A stretch of DNA of 64,000 nt from the human T2T-CHM13v2.0 reference genome, Homo sapiens. The stretch is taken from the NCBI RefSeq assembly GCF_009914755.1, contig NC_060933.1. One strand, given 5' to 3'. Under the pieces are notes generated by a model. It saw only the letters and a list, made by a program, of their open reading frames with translations. It was not told the DNA's origin and ran no database searches. The position numbers were made by a program, and so were the translations under genes. This document shows positions 31,016 to 45,830 of the stretch, piece by piece. Position 1 is the stretch's first letter; each line of letters starts with the position of its first letter.

Positions 31016-32197
31016 GTAAGTTTCAAGTACCTCTTAAAGGATATTTGCTTTTCTTTCTTTCTTTCTTTCTTTTTCTTTTTTTTTTTTTTTTAAAATCAGC
31101 TTTGAGATATAATTCACATACCATATAATTTGCCACTTGAAGTGTACAAATTCAGTGACTTTTAGTAAATTCACAGTTATATATTCATTAGGATATTCAG
31201 AGTTATATATTCATCACCACAGTCACTCTTAGAACATTTTAATAACCTCAAAAAGAAACCATGCACTCCTTAGCCATCACTCCTAACCCAACTCTCCCTC
31301 TCAGCTCTAGGCATTCTTGTTTCTTGCATTTTTCTCTGGAAGTTTATTGTCATACTAAGGGGAAGATGTTGTAGTTTCTGTTAAATTGAGGTTGCATCAT
31401 CCCCACAAGTGATTTTAGCTTGGACCAGAGTATTTGTAACTCTTTCCCATACCTTGCTTTCAAGTTTTTGCTCATCAGGAATTTTCATGGTACAGGGTTA
31501 AAAACTCCAGAGGGAGTTGTGCATAGAAAAAGGAAGACTTGCCCAACAACTCTCATGGAATTTAGAGTTTAATTTAAACCTTTAACAATTTCCTATCTAT
31601 GTTTTTGATTTTATTTTACAAATATATGAATTATTTCTGTTGTTTAAAAGATTAATATTTGGTAATAGCATATAATGGAGTTTAAATGATCAGAATTGAG
31701 ATTGACTAATCTATATCATAGTCTAATGAGGCTATAATTCTTAATGAGTATGTACTGTATACCAAATAATGTTTGAGATATTATGGGGTACACCAAAGAA
31801 CACCCACTTCAGTACAATTCACACTTAATGCAAATGGAAACTACAGTTATGATCCTTTCAAAACTGCCTGAAACCTCACTCCATACGTCTACATTTCATA
31901 GAATCTTAAAATTTCAGAGTTGGAAGGGACTTTGAAGGTCTCCTGGAGAATAGGAGAACTGTCCTGAGGAGAAATTCAAGGATGACAGTTTCAGCTAAAA
32001 AAAAAAAAATGATTAAAGCTTTCAAACAATAGAATTTGAAGTAGATGGACATGTTCAAGCAGAAGCTTTATAATCAGGTGTGAAGGATCAGATAATAAAT
32101 TCCAGATCTTAGAGCTGGAACAGATTTTAGGCGATCATGTAGTCTAGCCCCTGTGGTCAGGTATTCAGTTAGGAAACTGTCATTGTCATTGTTCCTA

Positions 32198-32838
<641 letters not shown>

Positions 32839-33184
32839 ATGCTGGATATCTTGCCCTGAGGATGTAGGTTGACCATTTTTAAAAAATTTTTTTTTGAGAG
32901 CATGAGTTAGAAGGGCTAAGTGGTTTGCCCCAGTTAATATACAGACCTTAGTGAGCTCATGGTAACTGTAGTATTTCTGAATATTATGATGTTTTGGGGC
33001 CTCAGAATTACTTAGGATGATAATCCCTGGTATCTGTTTGGGAGTATTCATGAGAGTTTAGGGGAATATTTCTATTTAAGGACAGGCAGACACCAAAAAT
33101 TAGAAGTTCGGAAGCATTACCAAACAGGCATGGCAGATTTGTGTACCTTTTTTAACACTATCTTTATTATAAGACACCCCCTGA

Positions 33185-33503
33185 GGCCGGGTGTGGTGGC
33201 TCATGCCTGTAATCCCAGCGTTTTGGGAGACTGAGGTGGGCGGATCACAAGGTCAGGAGTTCAAGACCAGCCTGGCCAACATAGTGAAACCCCGTCTCTA
33301 CTAAAAGTACAAAAATTAGCTGGGCATGGTGGTGTGAACCTGTAATCCTGGCTACTCAGGAGGCTGAGGCAGGAGAATCACTTGAACCCAGGAGGCAGAG
33401 GTTCAAGTGATTCTCCAGGCTGAGATTCATCCAGGCTGAGATTGCGCCACTGCATTCCAGCCTGAGACTCCGTCTGAAAAACAAACAAACAAACAAAAAA
33501 AAA
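33185..33503 (+). mobile_element. AluSg-like with internal rearrangement
   Basis: Dimer with TSD AAGACAC(C/T)CCCTGA. Confidence 0.88.
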
Positions 33504-34357
33504 AGACACTCCCTGAATGGTACTCTTTTTCAAACCAAATTCGAGGGAAATCCCTTGAATGAACTGAAATCCTTAAGTTGATTTCAGAACTGATCTCCCT
33601 GGCCAGTTTGAGATTATCAGGATATGATCCACTCTAGTTGAGACCCACAAAGTGTAAGGCCCTTTCAGTGTGGAATGTGAGCTGAGTTTGGGGCTGGAGG
33701 TATTTAGTGTTTTTTTTTTTTTCTTTTGTGTTGGAGCATAAGAGACCTGCATACTTTTGTATCTGCATATTTTTGGCTGTGCTAAGTGACCAAGTAGAAA
33801 AAGAAGAAAAGTCCTTTATAAAGAGACCCTTTTCCATTTTAAAATTTGGAGATAAGTATTTTTTTTTAAACTCTGAAATTAGTTTTTATGTAGTTAGAAA
33901 GACAAGTATGAAACTGATGTGAGGAAAAGGTGAGAGTTACATTCTTTTGTGGTCAGGCGCTTATCTGCTGACCAGCTTTGCACAGGCTGATTGCAACAGG
34001 AGGGTAATCACAGGACTTAAATGTATTGCTCCTGTCTCTTTTCTTTCTCCCTTATTCAGTGTTATATGGTAATTTTTCTTAAAAAAGCAATTCATTATCA
34101 AACCTACTGTGTAGTTCTGCCTACATAGTTTAAGGGATCATTTTTCAGCACCAAAACTTGTTTTCCTCACAAAATATGTTGTACTCAGTACTGGCAACAT
34201 TTTTGAACTTCAAGCATTGGTAGATTTTGGAAGTGACTGTTTTCAAGAGCTCAGGTACATTTTCCTCAGAAACAGGATAATGACTGCTGAAAACATGAAG
34301 CATATCTGGAAAGGATCCCAACTTTTGGTTGTAAATTTGATTTTTCTTTTTAAACAG

Positions 34358-34454
34358 AAGAGGAAGGGTCAGGGGCAGAAGTTCACAGAAAACACTCCAA
34401 GTGTGGACCCTGCAAATATAAAGCTGAGTGTGATGAAGATGCAGAAAATGTTGG
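34358..34454 (+). CDS. TMEFF1: TMEFF1 coding exon (probable exon 5), 97 nt, phase 1 to 2; acidic Ser-Gly segment and start of follistatin module 2
   Basis: Acceptor tttttctttttaaacag|AAGAG, donor GTTGG|gtgagt; translates (E)EEGSGAEVHRKHSKCGPCKYKAECDEDAENV(G). Confidence 0.94.
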
Positions 34455-35867
34455 GTGAGTTGGTTGAGGGGAAGGGACAAAGTTATTTAGAGATTAATCA
34501 TCAGTATGATTATATTGTGGAAAGGTATCATTTACCTGGTTCTGTATCTTTTGTGTGTTTTCAAATTTTTTTTTTGTTTAATGCTAGTCTATTGACTTTT
34601 AAATTGATATAATACTATGGCTATTTAAATCAGTTTAAGTGTTATAATTTTAGAATGATAATCCATTTATAGTTTTCTGGTTTTATCTATGCTTTTCTTC
34701 CTCCCTGTAGTTTTATAGTTTTATGTATTTTATACCAAGTGCTTTTCTCACTCATGTTCAGCCTTCATTAAGGTAGGTTTTGTAGCTGACAGCACTGTCT
34801 GTCCAATTTCCCATTCATTCCCTGTAAGAAATGGTGTTCTTTTTTAGAACAGTAAGGCTGCAGACATTTATCAACAGTCATGTTTGATTTTTCCTTTCAT
34901 CAGTATTCTTATTTATTTCCAATATCATTCTTCTTTCATTTTCCTGTGGTGCTGGCTTTTTGCATATTTGATTCTAAAAGCTTTAATGTTGACTTTAGGA
35001 CCTGGGAGCATAAATGGATCTTCTTCACTTCCTCAGTTTTCACTTAGTATCTATTTTAAAACATTTATTTCCATAAGATATTTGTGCTTTCTTCCTTACT
35101 TGTACATATTTTTGGTGTGTATTTTCCAGTTCCGTATTTATTCAGCCCGTAACTGCATATTCGAGCCTTTCACTGAACAGTAATAATATGATCTAATTAG
35201 CATTAATGTCCAAAGTTAGTTTTGCAAATTAAGAACACTCAATTTTCAGTATTATGTACAAAATCAGCTATTTGGATGGCACTTGGTAAAATTGTATTAA
35301 TTTATTTGGTGCATATTTCAAAGTGGGTGAGAACTGGCAAAAGACAAGTAAGTTCAATAATAAATGAACTCAACAAAACCTGAATTTACTGTTTCTGCAT
35401 GTTGGTCACATAGATTGACCCATGTCCATTCATTTCATTCAGAGTGGTTTGATTTGGAAGAACATGTTTTCCAAAGCAGATACTGGCCTATAGAACAATA
35501 GAGAAATGATGAGCAATATGGACTTACAGAGAGAACTGATAATAGATATTATGCTGTTTCTTCCTTTTATTTTGTACTAATGATATGGCATGATGAAACA
35601 CCTTAATATAGGTATATGTGTCAGTATTTTTCCTTAGTACTCTTCTGTATTAGTGTTCAGAGTCAAAATAGCTGTCAGTGATTGATTGGCTTGATCAATT
35701 GGTCTGTTTTTATTCCTTTCGCGGTGCTTCTATTCATCCCTATTTTATACATTTTTCTATTATCATTTTTCATGCCTAAATTTAAAAAGATGGAGGTCTT
35801 TTGCTTAGAATTGAAACATATTCCATCTAGTCTCAGAAGTGGCTCCAGATGTGACATCTGCGTAATA

Positions 35868-35953
35868 GGCTGGGTGCAATGGCTCATGTCTGTAATCCCA
35901 GTGCTTTGGGAGGCTTAGGTGGGAGGAATGCTTGAGGCTGGGAGTTCTAGACA
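35868..35953 (+). mobile_element. Partial Alu left monomer (FLAM-like)
   Basis: GGCTGGGTGCAATGGCTCATGTCTGTAATCCCAG... Confidence 0.75.
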
Positions 35954-36814
35954 TCTACATGATAAAATACATATCTTTATGTAAACACCTCCTCATAGTG
36001 TAATATGTAGCCTATTCCCAATCAGAGCAACTCTGTTGTGTTTACTAAATTAATTTTTTGTGTGTCTATTTATCTGAGAGCTTGCCACCACTATTGTTGC
36101 AGATACCAGCTCTAAGCATAAGGAAGTGGACATAGACCATGGAAGGGCTTACCAATAGTAAGGAGCATGCAGGCTCTTACCAGCAGGCTAAGGAGCACAT
36201 AGACAGTGACAAGCAGCCAACGTCAGGCAAGGAAATTGATGCAACAAGAGGAAAATACGAAGGAAGCAGTTGGTATCTTTATCTAGAAAAAAGTGATTAA
36301 GCTAAAGTGTTTGATCCTTCTATGGAAAGAGACAAAAGGAAATGTTGGTAATATCTAATCTTTTAGTCTGTAAAGCACTTGTTACTGATTGCAGTTGTTT
36401 TAACAGTGTAAATGTATCTCAGTGGTTATTTTTTTTTAACTTTTAAATGGGCCATGGTACCAAGAAAGTTATATAGTGGTTATGTAACTCCCTCAAAGCA
36501 CCTTCCATGTGTTTTTCATGGTTGCTAACCAGGTGAATAGTGATGTATCTAAAGGTAATTTTTACCTATCCAGCTGGGCCGTTTAGGTCTGGAAAATGGA
36601 AAGCTGCAGAAATATGACATTAGCCATTAAGTCTTGATTTTTATATAAAAACCTATTATTTATTAAGATGTTACATAATTTCCTTATTAAAAGATAAACT
36701 TTTAGTTATTAAGAACAAAAGCTCAGTTTAATTCAAGTAGTTCTGTTATGACTTAATTATTATGAACTGCATTGGAATCAGAGTATTAAGGTAGGATCTT
36801 AATATTTATCTTCA

Positions 36815-37130
<316 letters not shown>

Positions 37131-37331
37131 TTTATCTTCTAGTCTGATCCTCTCACTTCAAAGATGAAATCATTGACGACTAAAGTCAGAGGGTTTGATG
37201 TGGGTATATTCTTCTAATTAATAGTACAGTGCTTTTCTTACCATCTGCCTCTTTCTAATTTTCCTTTAAAGAAAAAAATTCCCGGAAGGAATGTTATCTT
37301 CTTTTTCCTACTTTGAGGACTGCTGCCCAGT

Positions 37332-37371
<40 letters not shown>

Positions 37372-40117
37372 AACACTGCCCTCTTCATCAGCCTGGTCCC
37401 AGCTGTGATTTCTTTACTTCTGTATTAAGTCTTGGTCACTCTGAGTACTAGCTGCTTTTAAATTCTGTTAGTTCTTAGCTGGCATCTAGAAATCAAATGC
37501 CTATTTATTGAATTTCTTACCAGTGACTTTCAGTCTTTTTTGACTACACTTCATGTAAAAAATACATTTGCATTGTTATCCAGCACTCCTGTTTATATAC
37601 ACATGGTACTAATAAATATTAAGTCAAACAAAATTCTGTGGAATAGTACTTACCTTTATTAAATGCAATGTACTCTAATATTTTCTATCCTACTTTCTTA
37701 TAAAATACTGGCAGTGAACCACTAAATTGACTTCATAATCCACTAGTGATTATGACCTACAGTTTGAAAAGTATTGCTCTATAGTAAACTATAATAGATG
37801 TGTACTGCATGTATTTTTTTAGGTGTAAGTATTCATTTAAAATTTTATTGTAGGCCAGCTGTGGTGGCTTACATCTGTAATCTCAGAACCTTTAGAAGGC
37901 CAAGGCAGGAGGATTGCTTGAGCCTGGGAGATCTAGGCTGCAGTGAGCCATGATTGCGCCACTGTGCTCCAGCCTGGGTGACACAGCAAGACCCTGTCTC
38001 CAAAAACAAATGAACAAACAACCCAGAAAATCAAATGTACTTTGTCTTTTCTCAATTTGAAATGTCTTTCCTGTCAGAAAAAATGTTATCCAACCTATCT
38101 GATTTGCAAAGAGCAGCTAAAATCTTTCTCTTGCTTTTAAAAATTCTTTCTCTTGCTAATGGTTGTTAAAAAAATCTGGCATTTTGGTGAGGGGATAAGT
38201 GATACCGTGTAAGTTAATTTTCTGCTATTAAGAGAAGTGCTTTTTTTAAATTTAGCCATTTAAATAGAAATTGATTTAAATACATTACATACTTCTTTGC
38301 CTTCTTAAACAGAATATACAGAACATGTTTAACATACTCTTACAATTACATATGTAGTATATTACAGTTTTCAGAGCATTTTTTACACATAATATATTTT
38401 TAAGCTATTCTGAGCAGTTCTGTTTGGTAGTAGAGCAAGGAAGTATTATCCTGATTTTTATAGGTGAAGGTGAGTTCAGAAAGGCTGAATGGAGAACCAG
38501 AACATAGATCTCATGACAAGGAATCAGTCTATTGTGTTGTGCACGCACATGTAGAGGCCCATGATGTGTGGTTGTTTCACTGCTGCACTTAAGGCTTCAT
38601 TTAGCTTTGTGTTTTGGGTTCTATATCTGTTTTTTAAAAATGTTTTCTTCTCTCTTGTAAGGCTGTTAGCTGCTGCTTCTAGATGCTGTCAGTGTGCCTT
38701 GGCAATGAGTTTGACTGTAGATGCCCTCAATTTTTAATTTGCTTCTCTGCTTCCCTGGAATAGGAAACAAACACTCGCAGAAACTGTATCTAAAGTAAGA
38801 ATAAGTTCTAAATGTAAAATAAGAGTGTATAGGTTCTTCTGAGTGAAGTGCGTGAACTTTATTCATTGTATGTATTTTATCTGTCTTGTCTGCTCAATGG
38901 CTATTGTAATTCATTTATAATTTAAATTATTTTTGCTTCTAAGAGGCTTCCCCCTCACCCTTCCTTCCTGAAACTCACTGCATTTCTTTGATGGCATCGT
39001 GGGCTTTGCTTGGGTTTGTGACAGTTATGTTCGTTAATGCTTACCTTTCAAATTTATACCTAGAGGTGTAGGTGGTTGAGGCTCCAAGAAATATGACTCC
39101 CCACATAAGTGGGTTTCAGTATTTCACTGTGACCACTGTGAAACAGTGCATAGACTTCCTACTGGGTCTTAAAACTTGAAAACAGCCTTCCTTTACAGCA
39201 ACTTGTATTTCTTAAACCACATATTCTTAGTACCACACCCCCTCACTTTCTAAACAGTATTTCTAATCTGTCCAAGGCCGAAGTTATTGTTGTAAGATAG
39301 CCATCAGCTGCTTCTCTGGATAGTGGGGACACATAATCATAGGACTCCTTCACTTCAGTACCTTTTATATACCCGACCTAAATCCCTGCCCAGGAATGGT
39401 GTGAGGAGTCTGTAGAATCATCAGGCCTAATGCCAATACAGGTGAGTTATAAAAATCCTCCAGTTATTCCTTTTGAACTTTGTCTGCAATGCACTTTATG
39501 GAAATAGCCCCTGCTCTTCTGCCTTTTTTATGTCAGTCTCCTTTTTAGAGATGCTGTTTCCATTTATCCCCCTGAGTGATATAAATATCTCAGAGTTGCT
39601 CAGAGAATCATACAGGTGCAGGGTATGGCAGACAACATGGATAAACAGTTTAATCCACCTGCTGGACATCTTAGTCATTTGTGGTACCATTTTCTGTTTT
39701 GATGCAGATTTCTGGTCAGTACTACAATATGACGAGTCTCTCCCTCAGAAGGTGCAGTGATATCTTTTCTCTTGTGTAAACAGAGTAATGCTACACATTT
39801 GTGTCCTGCAATATATCCTCCTTTCTGGAAGCTTCATGTACTTTTTAAAACAAGAACTGAAGAAGTACCTTTTCTATCCTTCTGTTTTTATTTCCTCCTA
39901 ATCAGAGATGGCAGTAATTTTTGTCATTTAGCACTGCCTTATTCTGGATATTTTAAAACTATTTTTAGGTTTAGTAAGTCCCTACTGTAGCCCCTTAGAT
40001 TATAATGGAAAAATAATTTTGTGTTGTTTTTTAAAACACAAACATTATTAAGCATTATTTTATCCAAAGTATAATCTGGATGTTAGTAATGACAGGTTCC
40101 TTTATCCAGAAATATCT

Positions 40118-40730
<613 letters not shown>

Positions 40731-42436
40731 CAGAAATACCTTCTTAAAGTCCTTTGACAGTTGCCAGTAAGAGAGTTTTGCCTTTAAAATGCAAAACTCC
40801 GTCTCCCCATAATCTCTTGCAATTTTCTGAATGCACTGTTATTATTGAACACTTTCTTACCCACTTTGCCCCTGTTATTCCCTGTGCCTGGAGTCCCATT
40901 CCTGTTTATCAGCTTATTTTAACTCCTATTCCTCCTTCTAGCCTTAGATGCCGTGTGACTTAGGTCAGATTCACCACCTCTTCTTATAAGCCTACCTTGC
41001 GTTCTCCCACAGTTCCTATGTGACCATATTCTGTGTCCCTCCTTGGTCTTGAAAAAGCAACCTCTGCATAGCACTAAGTAGACTGTGAGCTTCCTGAGGG
41101 CAGGGACTTTGTCTTGCTGATTTTTGTCTTGGGTAAACTGCCTATAAGGTTGGGTATCTTAGGATGGACCCTTTTATAGGCCTTTGTTGAATTAGTGGCA
41201 ATCGACACTAGGCCTTTATTATTCACTTAGAGCTGCTTACAGGGTGGTTGTAAGGATTTAATATGTGTGAAAAAGACTAGCGTTGAATTTGTTGCAGGCT
41301 TTATTAGGTGTTTGTTAAATCTCAGTAACTTGACATGAATTAGTTTAAGCCAATGTTTTCCTAACTGCTAAATAAACTTACTATATTGAGAAGAAATGGT
41401 ACTTTCTATATAGGGTTAAGAAAAAAGGAAGCAAAAGTGTGGATGTTTTTCAGTAATAATACCATTCAGATGTGCACAGTATTTGATAGATTTCAAAGGG
41501 CTTTTTACAAAATCTTATTTGATCCTGTCAGCAGTGTTTTGAGGTATTATCCCTGTTTTAAAGACTTGGAGTTGTGATTTGCCAAAATTATAGTGCTAAA
41601 TCATAGAAGGTATTGAATTTATGCATTCATTTATGTATGTATATATGCATTCATGCCTTCGAAATTTAGTGCTGCCAATTCAAAAGCTTAAAAAGGCTCT
41701 AGAGTGAAAGGTCTCACTTCCACCCCTGTTCCCAGTCACTCAGTTGCCTTCACTAGAGACAGTCACTGTGATCTGTTTCTTGTTTAATCTCCTGGGGTAT
41801 TTTATGTATGTGCAAGCAGATATGTACATATATTCTTTTATTTAAAAAAAAAAAAACTAATGGCATCACACTATACCCGTAGTTCTGTACCTTATTTAAA
41901 ATCTTTATTGTAAAATGTATACTGTATACAAAAGTGTTTAAACATACATGTGCAATTTAAGGAATACCTGTTAAAAACTACCTATGTACCTAACACCTAG
42001 GGTACAAAATAGAATACTGCTATTATTTCCAGTACCTTGTGTTAACCTAGCCATGGAAGGAAAGGGCAATAGTGCCCACTTAGAGAGGAAGGCTTACGGA
42101 AGACACTTTGAACAGCCTCTGTGGCAGGGTCTGGTTTTCAGCTCCTCAGAGAGTTTACAAGGTTCCCTTTTGGGGAAGTCAGTGGACAAAGCCATGAGTA
42201 TTGGAGTCACAGGGTCATGGAGAACGTAGGCTCACTATAGTTGAGGCATCTGATAGGATTCTAATGTCTGGATCACTGGTAGAAATGTGATCAGAATGGA
42301 CTGCTCTGCTCTGTGTTGTTTACTTATAATCTCCCCATAGCTCATCTTCAGCTGTCAGGAGTATGTCAATTAACTGAGTGGGTTGAGTTGTTCTTGCAGC
42401 AGGACATGGAGGGGAGAGCAGGAACTTCATTATCTT

Positions 42437-42619
42437 CATTTATTTTTTTTTATTATACTTTAAGTTCTGGGGCACATGTGCACAACGTGCAGATTTGTTA
42501 CATAGTGCATGTGCCATGATGGTTTGCTGCACCCATCAACTTGTCATTTACATTAGGTATTTCTCCTAATGCTATCCCTCCCCCAGACCCCCACCCCTGG
42601 CAGGCCCCGGTGTGTGATG
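42437..42619 (-). mobile_element. Very short 5'-truncated L1PA (L1PA7-like) 3'UTR insertion
   Basis: TTATTATACTTTAAGTTCTGGG...; perfect 17-bp TSD AGGAACTTCATTATCTT at 42420-42436 and 42620-42636. Confidence 0.88.
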
Positions 42620-42844
42620 AGGAACTTCATTATCTTATGGTCAAGCCAAGCCAACTGCAGATAAGAATCTGGGCCAGGCTTACCTGGGCAGTCTATCTTC
42701 TGACTGAAAGTTGGGTACGGTAGCACTAGGCATCTTAGTAATGATGGCCATCCACACAGCTGTCTATAGAGTTAAACTATTTCATTGTGGACTGATTGCC
42801 CTCTACACCTTGTATATAGCTGTCATCCCAGGATCTCCCTTCAG

Positions 42845-43575
42845 TGTGGTGTCTTTTCCAACAACAATCGATTTTCCAACTCTCTGACACTACCTAGATG
42901 TCCAACAATTCAATTAAATTCTGACAGTAACTACTTGGAGTTAGCGCAGACCCACGGTTAAGGACTCAGTCCCATAAGACTGCCCCCGCTTTATAACCAG
43001 CTGCAAATGAGGTCCCCAGGCTACCCCCACTTCTGCCCAGATGACCATAAATTTTGGAGTTCCCATGCCCTAGCTAATTTGCTAAAACACAGAACTCGGG
43101 AAAGCACTATACTTATTATTTGTAAAGGATACAAATGATCAGCCAGATGAAGAAGTACATAAAGCAAGGTCCAGAAGGGTCCTGAGTGCAGGAGCGTCTG
43201 TCCCCATGGAGTCAAGTGCACCACCGAGATGTGCTCCCTCACCGGAAGCTCCCGAACCCCCCGTATTCTGAGTTTTTAAACTGAAGTTTTATTATGTAAT
43301 CGTGACTGGTTAACTCATTGGTCATTGGTGATTGAACTTAACATCCAACCCCTGTCCCCTTCCCAGAGGTAGAAGAATTGGGGTGGGGCTGGGAGGCAGA
43401 AGTTCTAACCCTCTAATCACTGTGGTTGGTTTTTCTGGTGACATTAACTCCCTGCCCCCTCACCCCATGAGTCATCTCACTAGAATATAAGAACTCTCCT
43501 ATCACTCAAGATATGTCAAGGGAACTCTATACCAGGAACTGGGAACAAAGACCATGAATACTTATTATTATACCA
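42845..43575. mobile_element. MER21-like LTR
   Basis: CAATTCAATT..ATTCTGACA.TAACTAC..GGAGTTAGCGCAGACCC...CTCAGTCCCA.AAGACTGCCCCC...TAATTTGCTA motifs. Confidence 0.7.
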
Positions 43576-44529
43576 CTAGGATCTTCCTAGAAATTCCTTT
43601 GTCTCTCTCTCTCCTATATAGGGTACTGTATTTCTTCTATTTTTGCTTCTAACTTCTTGGTTTTACTCTCCTATTTTATTACTTCTTTTAGCAGCTTCTT
43701 ATGAAAAGGTGTGAGATTTTAAAAACGTTTGAGACCTTGTTTGAAGTGTTTAGATATTTTTATTCCACACCTAATATTTTATTCAGAACTTTGCAAGTGC
43801 ATAATTCGAGCTGTGAGACAAATTTCCCTGAGAATTAAGAAAGTGTTGCTTTGTTGTCTTCTAGCTTCCAGTGTTGCTGTTGAAGTCTAAAGCCATTCTA
43901 ATTCTTGATCTTTTGTATATGATTTTTTTTCTCTCTTGAAGCATGTAGAGTCTTCTTTTGGTCTCCAGTGTAGTGATATCTCACAATGTTATGCCCTTTC
44001 CTAGATACTTACTGACTTCCATTTTGAAAAATTTTCTTTAGTTATTTGATGATTTCCCTTCCTCTTTTTTCTATTTTTGGTACTCCTGTTACGTGAATGT
44101 TGACATCCTGGTCTAGTCTCATTTTATCTTTTTTTCCCCTGTTTTCTGTTTTAAGTTTTTTTTGCTGTACTTTTTGAGAAATTTCTTCAACTTTATGAGT
44201 TTTTCATTTCTGCTGCAATTTTTAATTTCCAGGAGCTCATTTTTGTTTTCAGAGTACTCATTTTTAGAGCACTTTACTTTTATAAAGATTGCAGTCTGTT
44301 TTGGTACATATACGTTATTAGTTGGTATTCTATCTATTGAAAGAGTGAGATTTTCTTTTCTATCAATCATTCAGGACTCATGGATTTTTCTTTTATTCAT
44401 TTGTAGTCAATGAGTTATAATTGTTCTTTTGTTTAGTTTTTAATGTTATGTGGCCTTTTAAAATGAGTTAGGGAGTGTTTTTTTCTAGTCTCTGGATGAC
44501 TTTGTGTAAGAGTGAAATTATCTACTTTT

Positions 44530-44856
<327 letters not shown>

Positions 44857-44923
44857 CTACCTACTTTGAAAGATTGGAATGGATGTGTTCATGAATTGTC
44901 TTTTTAAAAAATGCCTGGATCCG

Positions 44924-45830
44924 GAGGGGAGGAGCCAAGATGGCCGAATAGGAACAGCTCCGGTCTACAGCTCCCAGCGTGAGCCACGCAGAACACGGTG
45001 ATTTCTGCATTTCCATCTGAGGTACCAGGTTCATCTCACTAGGGAGTGCCAGACAGTGGGCACAGGTCAGTGGGTGCGTGCACAGTGCGTGAGCCGAAGC
45101 AGGGCGAGGCATTGCCTCACTCGGGAAGTGCAAGGGGTGAGGGATTTCCCTTTCCGAGTCAAAGAAAGGGGTGACAGACGGCACCTGGAAAATCGGGTCA
45201 CTCCCACCCGAATACTGCGCTTTTCCGACGGGCTTAAAAAACGGCACACCACGAGATTATATCCCGCACCTGGCTCGGGGGGTCCTACACCCATATAGTC
45301 TCGCTGATGGCTAGCACAGCAGTCTGAGATCAAACTGCAAGGCGGCAGCGAGGCTGGGGGAGGGGCGCCCGCCATTGCCCAGGCTTGCTTACGTAAACAA
45401 AGCAGCCGGGAAGCTCGAACTGGGTGGAGCCCACCACAGCTCAAGGAGGCCTGCCTGCCTCTGTAGGCTCCACCTCTGGGGGCAGGGCACAGACAAACAA
45501 AAAGACAGCAGTAACCTCTGCAGACTTAAATGTCCCCATCTGACAGCTTTGACGAGAGCAGTGGTTCTCCCAGCACGCAGCTGGAGATCTGAGAACGGGC
45601 AGACTGCCTCCTCAAGTGGCTCCCTGACACCTGACCCCCGAGCAGCCTAACTGGGAGGTACCCCCCAGCAGGGGCACACTGACACCTCACACGGCAGGGT
45701 ATTCCAACAGACCTGCAGCTGAGCGTCCTGTCTGTTAGAAGGAAAACTAACAAACAGAAAGGACATCCACACCAAAAACCCATCTGTACATCACCATCAT
45801 CAAAGACCAAAAGTAGATAAAACCACAAAG
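44924..45830. promoter_or_regulatory. L1 5'UTR CpG-rich bidirectional promoter (sense promoter with YY1 site; antisense promoter)
   Basis: YY1 core AAGATGGCC at 44937-44945; many retained CpGs; established function of primate L1 5'UTRs. Confidence 0.75.
45067..45375 (-). CDS. L1 antisense ORF0 (MAGAPPPASLPPCSLISDCC...), open for 102 codons
   Basis: ATG at 45375 on the minus strand within ORF-track entry 45067..45444; N-terminus matches the primate L1 ORF0 peptide. Expression unproven. Confidence 0.7.
   Translation of the reverse strand: MAGAPPPASLPPCSLISDCCASHQRDYMGVGPPEPGAGYNLVVCRFLSPSEKRSIRVGVTRFSRCRLSPLSLTRKGKSLTPCTSRVRQCLALLRLTHCARTH

Noticed and set aside
34217-34612. 131-aa genomic ORF over exon 5
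   Set aside because: An alternative frame running through intron on both sides; only its exonic part matters, in the circular ORF hypothesis.
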